64,000 bases of DNA from Tubulanus polymorphus (Eukaryota > Animalia > Nemertea): positions 13,948,050 through 14,012,049 of the forward strand of contig NC_134026.1 in NCBI RefSeq assembly GCF_964204645.1, in the 5' to 3' direction. Position 1 is the first letter of the stretch. The number at the start of each line of letters is the position of its first letter. Positions 40,623-53,470 of this stretch are shown piece by piece. The translations under genes were made by a program, and so were the position numbers. The notes under the pieces were generated by a model. That model saw only the letters and a program-made list of their open reading frames with translations. It was not told the DNA's origin and did not search any database.

Positions 40623-43600
40623 ACTTGCTTCTATACCGCAAATCAGTAAATTGGTTCGTTACAGATTTGGTTCGTTACAGATTATTCTTTATAAGTTCAG
40701 GATGCACGAAGACACAAAAATTTAGCGTCTTTGTTACATCCTTGCTATTGTTGCCATAAAATCACCTAAAAAAATATCTAGGTCTGTTGTGACGAGTATA
40801 ATGCCATGCAGATTCTCATTTATGGTCTAAATCAAAGGTCTAAATAGCATTCTCTGGGCGAATCTTATAGTTTCCAACAAGGACGTAACAGTGACTCTAA
40901 ATTTTGAAAAGGAATTTCTTCATTATTAGTGTCTTTGTTACATCCAATGCATTGAGAATTAGGCCTAGGCAATGCAAATATGGAAATATGTTCCAAATTG
41001 AAATTGAGCAACTCATTAGTGATTTTCTTCAAATCAAAGGCAGTAACCTGTAAAAATACCTTCCAGTTGTAAGCAGAAGTTATTTTTACAACTGGACGTA
41101 AATAGGACACGACCCGAAATAACAGTAAAAGCAGCACCGTCTCATTTCAAGCGCTTGTTGCTGACGCTAGTTGACGTGAAATAACTCAATTTATTTGCCC
41201 CCTGCTACTTTATGAGAGAAAGTTTCATGGTACGAGTCATTTCTAGGTATGCAGGCAATAATAAATATTCATTTCAATACTAAACGAACCATACATACAA
41301 TTTGTCAAGGACGTAACAAAAGTTTTTTTTATACGTACTTTCCATCGACCGCGACATCGTCTGCCATCTTGAAACAAACTTAGTTTGGGGTGGCGCTACT
41401 GTACGGATACATTGTAGAGGCTAATCTTGCGCGGTGTAAGGTATCGTCTGCCGGCTTATAGCTCCATACGTAAACAACTTTTTTATTTCGGGACGCACGT
41501 TTTTTGACACCAAAATAATTCTTCAACGATTTATATGCAGAATAAAGAAAGATCCTCTGAACAATGCAAATATTATCTACGATTGATGATTCTGGAAGGT
41601 CAAGCTTATTTTAGCGGCAAAATTTTAAGTACTATCCGGAATCGTTCTTATTTATAGGAATTTTCCTGGACGTAACAAATAGGACTCCATATGTTACGTC
41701 CGGATCAAATTTGTTTCGCCATCAATTCCACATTTTATTATTTTAACAATTGTACTACATACGTCTTAATAAAAAGCAAAAGTTATAGCAATTTTCAATG
41801 GAGTAAAGATATCAGTCTTGTGTGCAACCCAAAGTATGAAAAAATATCGATGATTTTATCTGCTAAAAAAAGACACCAAAAATTTTTGAAATGAAATTAG
41901 GACAAACTACTTTTAAAAAGTGTTCATTTAATTGTATTCAGTAGTCATCACTTCAAATTCTTGCTGTTGTATGGCCATTCCTCGCACCTTCTCTTGAGAT
42001 ATTTTACAAGAGTGATCCCACAATATAAATGGGTTGAATTTAGAATTGTTCAGGACGTAACGAAATTTTAGGACATCATATTTTGACTCATATATATATA
42101 TAGTTTTATAAACGCCAACTTATCGGGACATGCGTGATTCTGAGACTCGGAGTATTGGGTCCTCTCTGTCGTATTGGGTCATTTTCTATTTATTGGGACT
42201 AGGACCCAATAATTTTGGCCCCAATTATTTAGCTGACGTGGTTAGCACCCATACATTATTATATCGTATGTGGTAGAAATGCATATTGGGTCGTTGAGTA
42301 GCGACACAACACCCCTCTGGTGGTGAACTCCGGAAACGGTATGTATGATTCGACCAATCAGATTTGATATATATCTATCGACCAATCAGATTGATTCGTA
42401 TGACTCGACCAATCAGATTCAAGGATCACATCAACGTGGCGGCCATTATCGTTGTTTCGATTCGGAATTATGTTTAGCGTTTATGCACGGCTTGTTGGGT
42501 AAGTACTATTGATAAATGAAATCTTTTTGCTCGTATCAACTGAGTTAGTTACCTAATCGTCGGTGGTAAGCTTTTTATAATCGGATGGGCTTATACCAAC
42601 GTGTGGTTTGTGAAAATATCCGATCGTGAAACTAAACCACTGACAGGTTAGGCTATCAACTAGACTAACAATAGACTCATTGAATGTTCTTTGAATAATT
42701 CAATTCAGTAGGCCAATTCTATGTCACTGAACAGTTGCCGAACAATACACCCATGGACCGTAGGTAGGCCTAAACAAACCGGACATATTCGGGGCGACTT
42801 TTACTCTTGATTTCGTTCGTTTGGCATGATATTTTAATCCAGGCTTTTAGGCCTACCGCAGGTGAAGTGTAATCAGGTCGGCACCGGTAGTCCTACACAG
42901 TCACAGCCAATTCATTTTGGGGGTGCGAAGAGATAGGCCTAGGTCTATGGTGGAACTTTTAGGCTTATTGGATGGCATAACTAAGGATTCACATCAGAGT
43001 GCTCCGTAGTTAGGAGTGCTCCCTAAGCCGGCTTTTGGCAGTAGTTAGCACAACTGTGGAGTCGGAGAAACCAATATGGCATCTCATTCAAAGAGCGGCT
43101 GTAATTCAAGCCCAAACTATTGACATTTTGACCAAAAGAAAGTAAGTTTTTAGGCCAAAAGTTACTGATTTTTGTTTCCCAAAAAATTTTTTTTTCAATA
43201 TTTTCCAACTTTTTCAGTATGGGCCATTTTCATCCCTGATCATGTGTATATTTTAACTACTACTCAATTGCTTTAGGCCTATAAAGCAATTCGATAAGCC
43301 TACAAGTCGTGTGGAAGATTCCAATCAATCCGCAGTTGAACCACATGGAGAGTCTTATGACAGATATGAGTCAGCTTGCCGCAACCGATGGTAAATCAGT
43401 TTAGTTATTTCATATCTTTTAAGCCCACTTGGAACTGGTCTAGTACCTAGCCGTTGGTTGTAGGGAACCGGTATTCGGTAACAACGACTGGTATTCAGAC
43501 TAACTTGGGACTTAAGACCTTAAGTTGATTTTATTGGGAAATATAAGACCAAGATCAAGTAACGTGTCGTATACGGCTGAGTGTTTATGTGGTAGTGTAA

Positions 43601-43854
43601 CTTGTACAGTCGGGTATTGGATGGTGCTGCCATCTTGGGTCCGGGTGGTAGTCCGCAGGCAGAGGGAGTCGTCTTCCAGAGTTGTTTAGCCAGTCGAAAA
43701 CTGGTTGTTCGGGGAGACGGTTGTAATAAAACTACTGGCATATTCTATCAGTCTATGCTTTTTATTTTAATCTCTAGTTCTCAGGAGCAGGAGTTGGAGT
43801 TTTCCTAAGCGGAGTGTGCTGGCGTGTCCACCGTACACGTCCGCTGAAGTAGTC

Positions 43855-44830
43855 GCTACCGTTCGTTCCTCAACGAGAGGACCGACATCCCTCGATATCG
43901 ATCGTGCGAGAAGCTCGCTAAGGGGGCGCTGCTGTTCGACCCTCAACGAGAGGATCGACATCGATCGTGCGAGAAGCTCGCTAAGGGGCGCTGCTGTTCG
44001 ACCCTCAACGAGAGGATCGACATCACTCGACATCGGTCGTGCGAGAAGCTCGCTAAGGTTGCGCTGCTGTTCGACCCTCAACGAGAGGACCGACATTGCT
44101 CCAAATTAATCGTGCGAGAAGCTCGCTAAGGGGGCGCTGCTGTTTGACCCTCAACGAGAGGACCGACATCGCTCGACATCGGTCGTGCGAGAAGCTCGCT
44201 AAGTGCGCGCTACTGTTCGTTCCTCAACGAGAGGACCCACATCGCTCGACATCGATCGTGCGAGAAGCTCGCTAAGGGGGCGCTGCGGTTCGACCCTCAA
44301 CGAGAGGATCGACATCGATCGTGCGAGAAGCTCGCTAAGGGGCGCTGCTGTGCGACCCTCAACGAGAGGACCGACATCGCTCGACATCCGTCGTGCGAGA
44401 AGCTCGCTAAGGGCGCGCTGCTGTTCGTTCCTCAACGGGAGGACCGACGTTGCTCCAAATTGATCGTGCGAGAAGCTCGCTAAGGAGACGCTGCTGTTCG
44501 ATCCTCAACGGGAGGACCAACATCGATCGTGTGAAAGGCTCGCTAAAGAGGCGCCGCTGTTCGATCCTCAACGGGAGGACCGTTACGATCGTGCGAGAAG
44601 CTCGCTAAGGGTGCGCTGCTGTTCGACCCTCAACGAGAGGACCGACGTTGCTCCAAATTGATCGTGCGAGAAGCTCGCTAAGGGGGCGCTGCTGTTTGAC
44701 CCTCAACGAGAGGACCGACGTTGCTCCAAATTGATCGTGCGAGAAGCTCGCTAAGGGGGCGCTGCTGTTTGACCCTCAACGAGAGGACCGACGTTGCTCC
44801 AAATTGATTGTGCGAGAAGCTCGCTAAGGA
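43855..44830. repeat. GC-rich minisatellite, 14 copies, units of 62-63 or 72-73 bp, each with two hairpins
   Basis: GCGAGAAGCTCGC at 43906, 43969, 44041, 44114, 44187, 44260, 44323, 44395, 44468, 44531 (variant), 44593, 44666, 44739 and 44812. Confidence 0.95.
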
Positions 44831-44958
44831 GACGCACATAGACAAATATACATACATACACATATACGTATACATCCACATACACACATATACACACACA
44901 TACATGTGTATCTATATAGTCCACTCAACCCAGAGTAAAGCGGTATCTGTGTCCGTGT

Positions 44959-45645
44959 TTAATTAGAGTTGTGACGAAAGGTAGCTAGATCATTTACCAG
45001 GTTACATACAACTTTGCCTATTTCAGAACCATTGTTATAATTAGAGAAGAGGAGGGCGAATTGTTCATCAGGGTTTTGGGTTGAGAAGGAAGGGATAATA
45101 TCATTGATGTTGGTGAGATGTTTAGCACGGATTGTTGAGAGAGCAGTGCAGTCGAGAAGGAAATGGTTTTCGTCCTCAATTTGATTTGAGTTGCAGAGCT
45201 TACAGGTCCTGTTTTCAATGGGGGTAATTGGGCGGATGTGACGACCAGTCTCTATGTGAAGTGAGTGGTTAGAAACTCTTAATTTTGTGAATTGCCGTCT
45301 AATGTAGAGGGGCTGGGACATAATGTAATTTTCCGTGTAGAATGCAGTTTTGAAAAGTTTATAACTACGGAGTTTAGAATTGGAGGGATCGTTGATGAAT
45401 TGGAGCCATTTGTCTGAGTAAAGGCGTTGTGACTGTAGTTTTATAGTTCTTATTGTGCTCGGTCGGAGACTAAAGCCTTGGTTCAGCCAGGTATTCTCAA
45501 GATTGAGGCAGTCAAGTATGGATTTGATGCCCGAGCACCAGTTAACAGTTGAGTTACTCAGGCAGTCAATATATGCTTTCCTAATGAGTGGAGGGGGAGA
45601 GTTTGCATATACGGAACCAATAATTAATAAGCTGAGGGATGACAG
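44959..45645 (-). mobile_element. 5'-truncated non-LTR retrotransposon ORF2 C-terminus (RTE-X-like)
   Basis: SKLRSYKLFK..ENYI..FTKLRVSNHSLHIETGRH..ENRTCKLC..IEDENHFLLDC zinc-knuckle region typical of LINE ORF2 ends. Confidence 0.8.
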
Positions 45646-45734
45646 ACAGGAGAATGGGAAACCGGCCAAGTTCTCCTCTGGTTGCTGCATTTGAGGTTTT
45701 CCTGTTTACACCTAGAATGAATTTGTAGAAGTTT

Positions 45735-46628
45735 CAGTGTTGCCAGCACCTAGCTTTGCTATATCCGGAAGTATTTATTGACATACACAAACTTGCGAGC
45801 GCCGTAGGCGCGAAGCCATTTCGGGGGGTTTGGGGGTCCCCCCCAAGAAAATTTCAGAAATTAGAAGCGTTTTCCGAGCACTTAGAGCGATCGTGAACCC
45901 ATGAACAACTTATTATATTCTGGAAGGTAATGGCTATTTCCAATGTGGCACATCCTCATTCGTTGACGATCAGCATCTTCTCACGCATTACGGGTCGAGT
46001 CCTGAATTATTGCAGTTCAAATGCGCCGATGAACGCTCACAAATTCAAGATCGTAGCGCTTGAGCGCTTAGTTGGCAAGGAAATATTTAAAATTTCGTTA
46101 ATAATCAATTTATCCGTGAATATTATGCAACTCATTTTCCGGGGAACTATTGCATACGGGCCTATTGAAAATAAAAAAAATGGAACATTCAAAAAAGGAC
46201 GGATCATAGATAGTTTAGGTCTAAGCCTATATAGATGATCATAGATGTGTAACTTGAAGGGACGTACCTATGAATGCTCTGATAAAGATGATCTAATACA
46301 AGCGCGGCGCATCAGCAAGTCAAGTCGTGGTTACAGTACAGAAGTTTATTGAACTCCAAAATTTTACAATACACATTCGAGTATAAAATCAATAAAGTTA
46401 TAAGCACTACTCTGTATACTTACACAAAAGCCTCTCGACCGCGGAGCTGCGCGGCGTCGTCATGACGATGAGTGGTGGTGCAATCATCACAGCGAATGCG
46501 TATCGGTGGCCGTTCTAATAAAAATTAACGGCATTTTCGCGCAGTACGGAGAAGAAAATTTCCGGATTTTTTTTTGAAAGTTTCGATTCCAGGAACTCCG
46601 GAAATTTCCGGAAGTCTGGCAACACTGA
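45735..46628. mobile_element. Non-autonomous hAT-like element with 6-bp TSD
   Basis: TIRs CAGTGTTGCCAG...CTGGCAACACTG flanked by AAGTTT on both sides. The internal module ~45820-46110 is shared with ~12610-12890. Confidence 0.8.
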
Positions 46629-48105
46629 AGTTTAGGGCTGTTTTTTCTGCAGGGAGGGAATGACATATAGCGAGAACTATCACTAATAGACGGACGCCGG
46701 GCGCCGAAGGCGCCTGGAGGACGTCCCTTTGGTAAACGCGTATATGTGGATACTACGAAGTGTCTTCTTAACCGATTCTGACTAGCTGACAAAGTCAGAA
46801 AAAAATGACGTCACTTGACGTCCGGTTTGAAGTTCATGGGGAAATCGGAAGTAGAATTACGTCACGCTAAAATCCGGCATTCCACTAACTAAAATACGGT
46901 AACTTATGGATCGGGTTATTTTAGAATGTATTTATTTCATGAAATTTCGAACAAGATTGGGTTGATGAATAGTTTAACAATGAACCGCGTTGATTGATCG
47001 AGTTGAAATTAGCTGAAATTCCCTTAGCAACAGGGGCGAATTCATAATAACAAAACGCGGCCGCGGCCCGGTGCCACGCGGTTCGGCACGCAGGTTCGAA
47101 TCCCGGAGAATTACGCTCTCGCGCGCGCAGCTGTCATTCTCAGCGGCAGCACTGAAATACACTTTTTTAATCAAAAGTAACGACCCTAAAAACTGCGGTG
47201 AGTCGCGTTAGTCGTAAAATTCCTCGGCCAGCGCGGCGGCGGATCGGCACGGCGTAGTCTCGCTCTCGAGCAGCAACATCATCGCGGTCGGCAAAAACAT
47301 TAGTCTCCGCCCCTTCTTCACCAAATAAGGAATTCGGAACCGCTGGCCGCGTGCACTGCTTATTTTGAACCGTATTCCAGGCGGATTAGAAAGAAATGTA
47401 TATTTTTCGCAAGAGAAATCAATTTTTGTACTGACATTCGCATTTCCTGCTAATTCGAGTTTTTTCTAGCAGAAAATAATTTTCCGATTTGTGCGTTTCA
47501 ACGCGTATTCGATTTTTTTTCTTTTTGAAGGTAATTAAGAAATGCGTTGTACTCTTCTCGTCTTCCTTTTATTTCCAAATGGAGCTAATTTCTAAATTAA
47601 CTACCATGTCAAAATTCTTCAATATTGCAAAAACCCCTCTCAGTTCCCACCATAGAAATGTCATTGGTTACATTATGGTTTCACAAAGAGTTTTAAACCA
47701 TTAAAAAATGACACTTTATCTAAATCGAAAGAATAATCTTTTTAGCAGACAGTGGTACCGAGACCTGATTTATAAGAAATTTTTCAAGTTTTTTCTCGCA
47801 AAAATTAAAATATTAAATTTCATTTGATCTTATAATATAAGATTCAAGAATTATGAGGTTTGATTCATTTCTGAAATTTGGGCTTATAATATATCAAGCT
47901 CAAATTTCAGAAATGAATCAAATTTACAGTTACAGAGTTACAGTTTCATCTTCTTTCTTCCCACCCCTTAACTCGAGCATTAATTTTAAATTTTCCAAGT
48001 TTTGACTAAGTTGATTTAATTTCTTCATTAATTCATTGCTGTGGGTTCAACTACAGTACAATTTCAATATGAAATATTGGAGTTGATTCTCTTTCCAGTT
48101 TCATT

Positions 48106-48862
48106 CACAGGGGTTTGGCGATGGGCTTGGATTTTATTTCCGGGTTGTTGATAATCTCGCGAGAATGGCGCTAAATATGAACTACGAATAAATTCAAAAT
48201 ATCACGGAAATACCTTGTGTTTATATTGTTTATTTATCCGCTATAAAGTTTCGATAAACAATTGGTCGTTAAGAATCATTATCAGACGGTCGTCACACTA
48301 CTATATAAAAGAACAAGGGATGAAACGCAGTTCAATTCATGCCAGCCAGAAAGTTGGGACAGTCACGTGACATTCTGATGATGTCATCACATTTAAAACT
48401 TTAACATGAAAAGTTAACATATTCACAGACCGGTATCAATTGTCAGATTATGATTCATATGAAATTAATAATTTATAAAGAATTGTGATCAAATATATAA
48501 TTCATAGACAAAAAATGCATTTGAATGTGAATTAATCTCAAATATTTTTCGTATCATAGTTTCCATCTTAGATGCTTCGGGTTTGCATTCATTCAAATAA
48601 GAAGCGCGACTGTCACGTGACTGGCTGGCACAACTCTGAACTGCGTTTCATCCCTTGTTATTTTACATAGTAGCGTGACGACCGTCTGATAATGATCCTT
48701 AACGACCAATTGTTTATCGGAACTTAATGGCGGATAAATAAACAATATAAACACAAGGTATTTCTATATTTTGAATTTATTTTCAGTTCATATTTAGCGC
48801 CATTCTCGCGAGATTATCAACAACCCGGAAATAAAATCCAAGCCCATCGCCAAACCCCTGTG
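48106..48862. mobile_element. P-element-like fold-back MITE with ~260-bp TIRs and 8-bp TSD
   Basis: CACAGGGGTTTGGCGATGGGC...GCCCATCGCCAAACCCCTGTG; GTTTCATT at 48098-48105 and 48863-48870. Confidence 0.88.
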
Positions 48863-49629
48863 GTTTCATTAACAACATTTAAGTGTGCTCCTTGTCACTG
48901 ACAATATTTTGAGTGTTTTCGACTTCGTTACCCCGTACTTGAGGTTGTTTTCCCCAATCGCTATCATTTCTTACTATGAAAAATTGAATCAAGCTGTGAC
49001 GAGGCGTCCGTCACTTAGATTTCATCTATTACATATCATTAGGGCCTACCGTATTAGACGATGCTGTTATAGAATACCACTTGCAAATTGAAAAAGGCTT
49101 CGGATGCTCTAATCCAGATTTTACTTTAATAAGCCTCGTTGACAGAACATTTCGAAACGTTCCATGCCTAACCGCCGTCGCCAGCGACGCCATCATCATC
49201 GTAATTCCAACTGATAAGAAAAGGATGGCTCCGATAGCGGTACTGGTAGAGTCGAGTCGCGTGAAGACTGGTAGCCGGTCTGAATGCCGGTTTGCTAGCG
49301 TATCTATTTAACACCCGTATTGCTCGGGTTAGTTTTACCACCAACGGATGGCGCTGTATGTAAATTTCACATAAATCAACGACTTTCGGCTATTAGGGGT
49401 ACTTAAGACCACTTGAAAACATCATAGTCAATTACGGTAGTAGTGAAAATAAAAAGAATTAGATACAGTAAGCACTATAGCACCCAGACCAGAGACATTT
49501 TATTCACACTAAGGACTATTAGTTAAACACTGATCTTCATTTCCATTAATTAATGATCTGTTGAATTGATTAGTAATACAGTCTTTCGGTGTTCGAGATA
49601 AAATGCCCGCAAAATAAGAACCTAACGAA

Positions 49630-50210
49630 CCAGGGCTGACCACAAATTGCCAAACAGATAAATTTTCCGAAACGACACAATCCAATCATGTTTGGTATCA
49701 AATAACGCGTGGCGTGGACCTTGGTCTATTAACTGACCAATGCATGACCAGTACCATACAGTAAATTATTTGTTTTGCAAACAATTAAGTTGTTTGGTGT
49801 CAAATAACTAGATATGACGTGGGCATTAATCTAAAAATTGTTTAACTGACCAATGCTTGACCAGTACTGACCAGTTACCAGTGCTAACCAGAGCCCACCA
49901 TAAGTAATTTATATTTACTTTAGTAAAGCAATAAAATCGTGTTTGGACGTCGAGCGACTAAATATGGCGCGGGCTATGAATTAACAACTAATTAACTGAC
50001 CAATTTTGACCAATACTGACCCTAAAGTAATTTTTCTATTTTAGAAGCAACACAGTCGTGTGTGGTGTCAAATAATTAGATATGGTGTGGTATCTAACAA
50101 CTATTCAACTGACCAAATCTTGACCAATACTGACCACATAGATATATTTATCTGTTTCGGTAACAACTTTGTCGTGTCTGGTATCAAATAATTTCATTTG
50201 GCCTAAACGT
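49630..50210. repeat. Degenerate ~100-130-bp tandem repeats with recurring ACTGACCA motifs
   Basis: About five imperfect units GT(G/T)TGGT(A/G)TCAAATAAC..AACTGACCAA..TGACCA.TAC. Confidence 0.6.
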
Positions 50211-52162
50211 AAATATAACAAGATCTTTTACCTGTACAAGCTACACAAGTCCTGTCTAATTTCCGGTTAAATGTTTTTAGAAATGACACGGTGTATTGCC
50301 TGAATCCTTCGTTAGTACTACTAGCTCTTACATTTAAATTTGTCGCTTGAAAAGTCTTGTCAGAATTGTTTTTATTGTAGGTAGCGAGCTAACTTCCCCG
50401 AGCGAAATCGTCCACTAAATGCAAAAGATTTTCACGTGGGGTTTTGAACGATCAACGTTTCGATTTGTAATTGTAACGTGCGCATTTGAGCCTGTAACGT
50501 GCACATTTCACTCGCGTGAACGTGCGTATCGGTACCAACATGCGAAACTTGTCAAACGTTTGCGTTCAAGACGTTTAAACTGAACATAAGAAGATATCAT
50601 ATCATATATATATGAATATAGATGGAATGATAATGTAGTAGTTTTAAATGTTTCGTAGCTGCTGTCCACTGACCACAGATCAAAGTTAATCCCCTGATAT
50701 GAAATATATATATTGGTTATAGTGATGTAGTAGTTCAGTGAGAATTCAAACTTATGGTTAATTTTGAGTGATCACAACACTGACCAATAGAGAAAGCTGT
50801 AAGGCCTAAGAAAAGATGCATTAAGTATAACATATCGTTCAATATAATGAAGAAGTATTCAACTGGCCATCTGATAGTTGGACTTATCTTATTGAAAAAT
50901 ATCGGAGAGTTAATGGGAGATCCCTGAATTCGAAACAATTCCACACTCAATCGATATTTTGAAAACACAATTTGCAATTTGTGGTCATGCATTTTTTGCA
51001 CCAAAAGCATGAAGTATATTATCTTTGCTTGTAAAAATTTGAAATTTTGGGGAAGATTTTTGGCCCGTTAACCTGTGAACACGTCTTTCATATATTTTCT
51101 TCATATAAGACCGACCCTTGAAATAATGCTGAGAGTTGCGAGGAAAATTATGGTAGGATGTCTTCTTAGGCTGCTTCGTATCAGTGGAAGGTTGCTAATT
51201 ATTGATTTTATACACAATAATCATAAGTACCAAGAGACTCCATAGAATATCGTTTTTCAATCATATGTACACGAATTATCGCGATATAAAGATAAATAGT
51301 ACTTCTATATTTCTATATTCTATACTTTTTACGTCTTATACTGTATATTTATTTAGCAGTGTAAGTAAAGGGTGGATCAGCAGGCCACCTGAGACCATTC
51401 CACGATCTAAGGTCAGTTGCCAAAAGTTAGTAAGTTTACCAGTGGATAGCGAAAATTTATAATGACAATTAAAACTTGCTAAACATTGCTAAAATAACTT
51501 TATACTTGTAGAATAGTCACACTCAAATGCGGAGAATTACGATAATGCGATAATACGATACGAAAATACGATACCAAAACTCACTGTACAAATTCAAAAA
51601 GATGATCTCTAGTGAGAAATCGAACGTTGTGTCGTAATTTTCTGATGATAAATATTGGTTTGAAATTTGAAATGTGTACATAGTGGATCTTTTTCATATT
51701 AATTGTGTATTTGGTCATGTATAATGGTGAATGGTTAATTTAAACTAACTTTTGAGCAGCTGTATCCTTTATTCCTGTAATAGAGGACGCAATCTGTTTG
51801 CGGCAAACAGAACAAATAGCTAGAAAAGGTAACAATAGTCCATTGGCAAACTTAAAGCAAGCGTACACGTTGTTTAGGTTTTTCGAAGGGGAGAATTTTT
51901 GGGAAAATTAATGTTTAATCATCATTGAGATATAGTTGAGCTGTACACAAGGAGTTTGTTTGTAGTCCGATATCCGTGATTACCTCCCGCGTGGAGAGAT
52001 ACAATCTAAAACCAACCGTAGATTCAAATATTTTACTACAATTTTTCATGATCAATAAAAAGATTAATAGACATTGAACAAGATGGCGGATTACTAGTAG
52101 ACACGTTAATTTGGACCTCCGCAAATATTGTTGATTAATAGTGGATTAGAGGAGATATTACC

Positions 52163-52920
52163 ATGGAAAGTAAACAAAAATCAAGTATTACCAGGGAGAA
52201 TTCAGTTAAATTTGATTTGAGACAGTTTGGTAAAGGAAAATTGTCTCATTTGAATGTTGTAGGTGGTCTCAAGTCGAAAGTCGATGTGAGTAAGATTCTT
52301 TCAGTTCAACTTACTGACTCTTATTGTATAGTGACTGCTACAGATAATGATACGAAATCTACACTGTCCAACGGGACCTTCCAGGTGCTGAAAACTAACG
52401 TTAGATTTACTGACGTTGATGTGAATGTGATTAATATTAAAGTCGTAGACGCTCCTATCGAAATGGATGATAGAACAATCGTAGCTTTTATATCTCAGTT
52501 CGGAGACTATGTTAGCGGTTCTATAAAAATGGTGTCATCAAAGGAACTTCTATATTCACTGGACCTAGATATTTGCAGTTAAATAACATTAAAACCGTGA
52601 TGCCCAACTACACGAAAATTGGGGATTTTTCATGCGCTTGTTCTGTGACAGTCACTGCCAGCGTTGTATGTCTATGGGCATGAACAGTGATCATAAATTG
52701 TTTGACTGTCCAAACCGTTTTAATAACCGATTGTGCCATGAATGTAAATCACCGGATCATATAAGGCGTGATTGTCCGTTAGTCAAGCAGCGTGATATTG
52801 AACCTGGAAAAACCGAAACCAATGATGCGAAGAAGCCCGAAGAAGCGCCTACAACCGAAATTGTCGTAATCGGGGACCCAAACCTTCGGGAATGTGATAT
52901 TCCAACAGGTGTTGTTATTT
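52163..52920 (+). pseudogene. ORF1/gag-like protein of a non-LTR retrotransposon (Tx1/L1-like; RRM-like region and CCHC knuckles), frameshifted and 3'-truncated
   Basis: IKVVDAPIEMDDRTIVAFISQFG, then CQRC..H..FDCP and CHECKSPDHIRRDCP; cut by a MITE at ~52921. Confidence 0.7.
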
Positions 52921-53470
52921 GCCCCAGTGAAGTTCATTACTTGTTCCTTGTTCCTTATTCCGTTACTTATTCAGAATTCTTCTCCCAATAAGGAACAAGT
53001 AACATGTTACTTGTATTGGGAGATGAATTCTGAATAAGTAATAAGGAATAAGGAACAAGTAATGAACTTCACTGGGGGCTCGAGCCGAACCAGTAGCCGG
53101 TTCCCGATTCCCGGTTCGGCTCCCGATTGAAATGATTTTGGACCGGGAGCCGGGAACCAGTAGCCGGCTCCCGGTTCCCGGTTCGGCTCCCGATTGAAAA
53201 TGATTTTGAATCGGGAGGAAATCGTCACACGCATGGTGTTAATTCAGACGTCTCGATTAGCCTGGTGGCCGAAGTCAAGGTTGCACTCATTTCAGCAGAC
53301 ATAGTTATGTAATTATGTTTACCTGCTGTCCGCAATAGAGTCGAATCGAATGAGTATCCAGCTTCACATTTTGAATCGGGAGCCGAACCGGTAGCCGGCT
53401 ACCGGTTCCCGATTCGGCTCCCGATTCAAAATGGTTTTGAACCGGGAACCGGTAGCCAGCTTCACAGGGG
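52921..53470. mobile_element. Palindromic MITE (52921-53079) and an adjacent related element with GGTTCCCG/GGCTCCCG repeats
   Basis: CCCCAGTGAAGTTCATTACTTGTTCCTT / AAGGAACAAGTAATGAACTTCACTGGGG around a central GTAACATGTTAC. The downstream tract ends in the related AGCTTCACAGGGG. Confidence 0.65.

Larger units (their letters stand above)
31412..42089 (-). mobile_element. Sola2-type DNA transposon (10.7 kb including nested insertions) inserted in an (AT)n tract
   Basis: TIRs GAGTCAAAATATGGTGTCCTAAAATT..GTTACGTCC / GGACGTAAC..AATTTTAGGACATCATATTTTGACTC; GAG terminus; ATAT on both flanks; repeated subterminal GGACGTAAC motifs. Confidence 0.85.

Noticed and set aside
43310-43840. Solo LTR
   Set aside because: LTR-like composition, but I could not find TG...CA ends with a matching TSD.
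43855-44830. CRISPR array
   Set aside because: Palindromic repeats are present, but the intervening segments are themselves repeated rather than unique spacers; eukaryotic context and no cas genes.
43767-44905. Repetitive ORFs (LSELLARS...) as proteins
   Set aside because: They are translations of the minisatellite on both strands, with no coding hallmarks.
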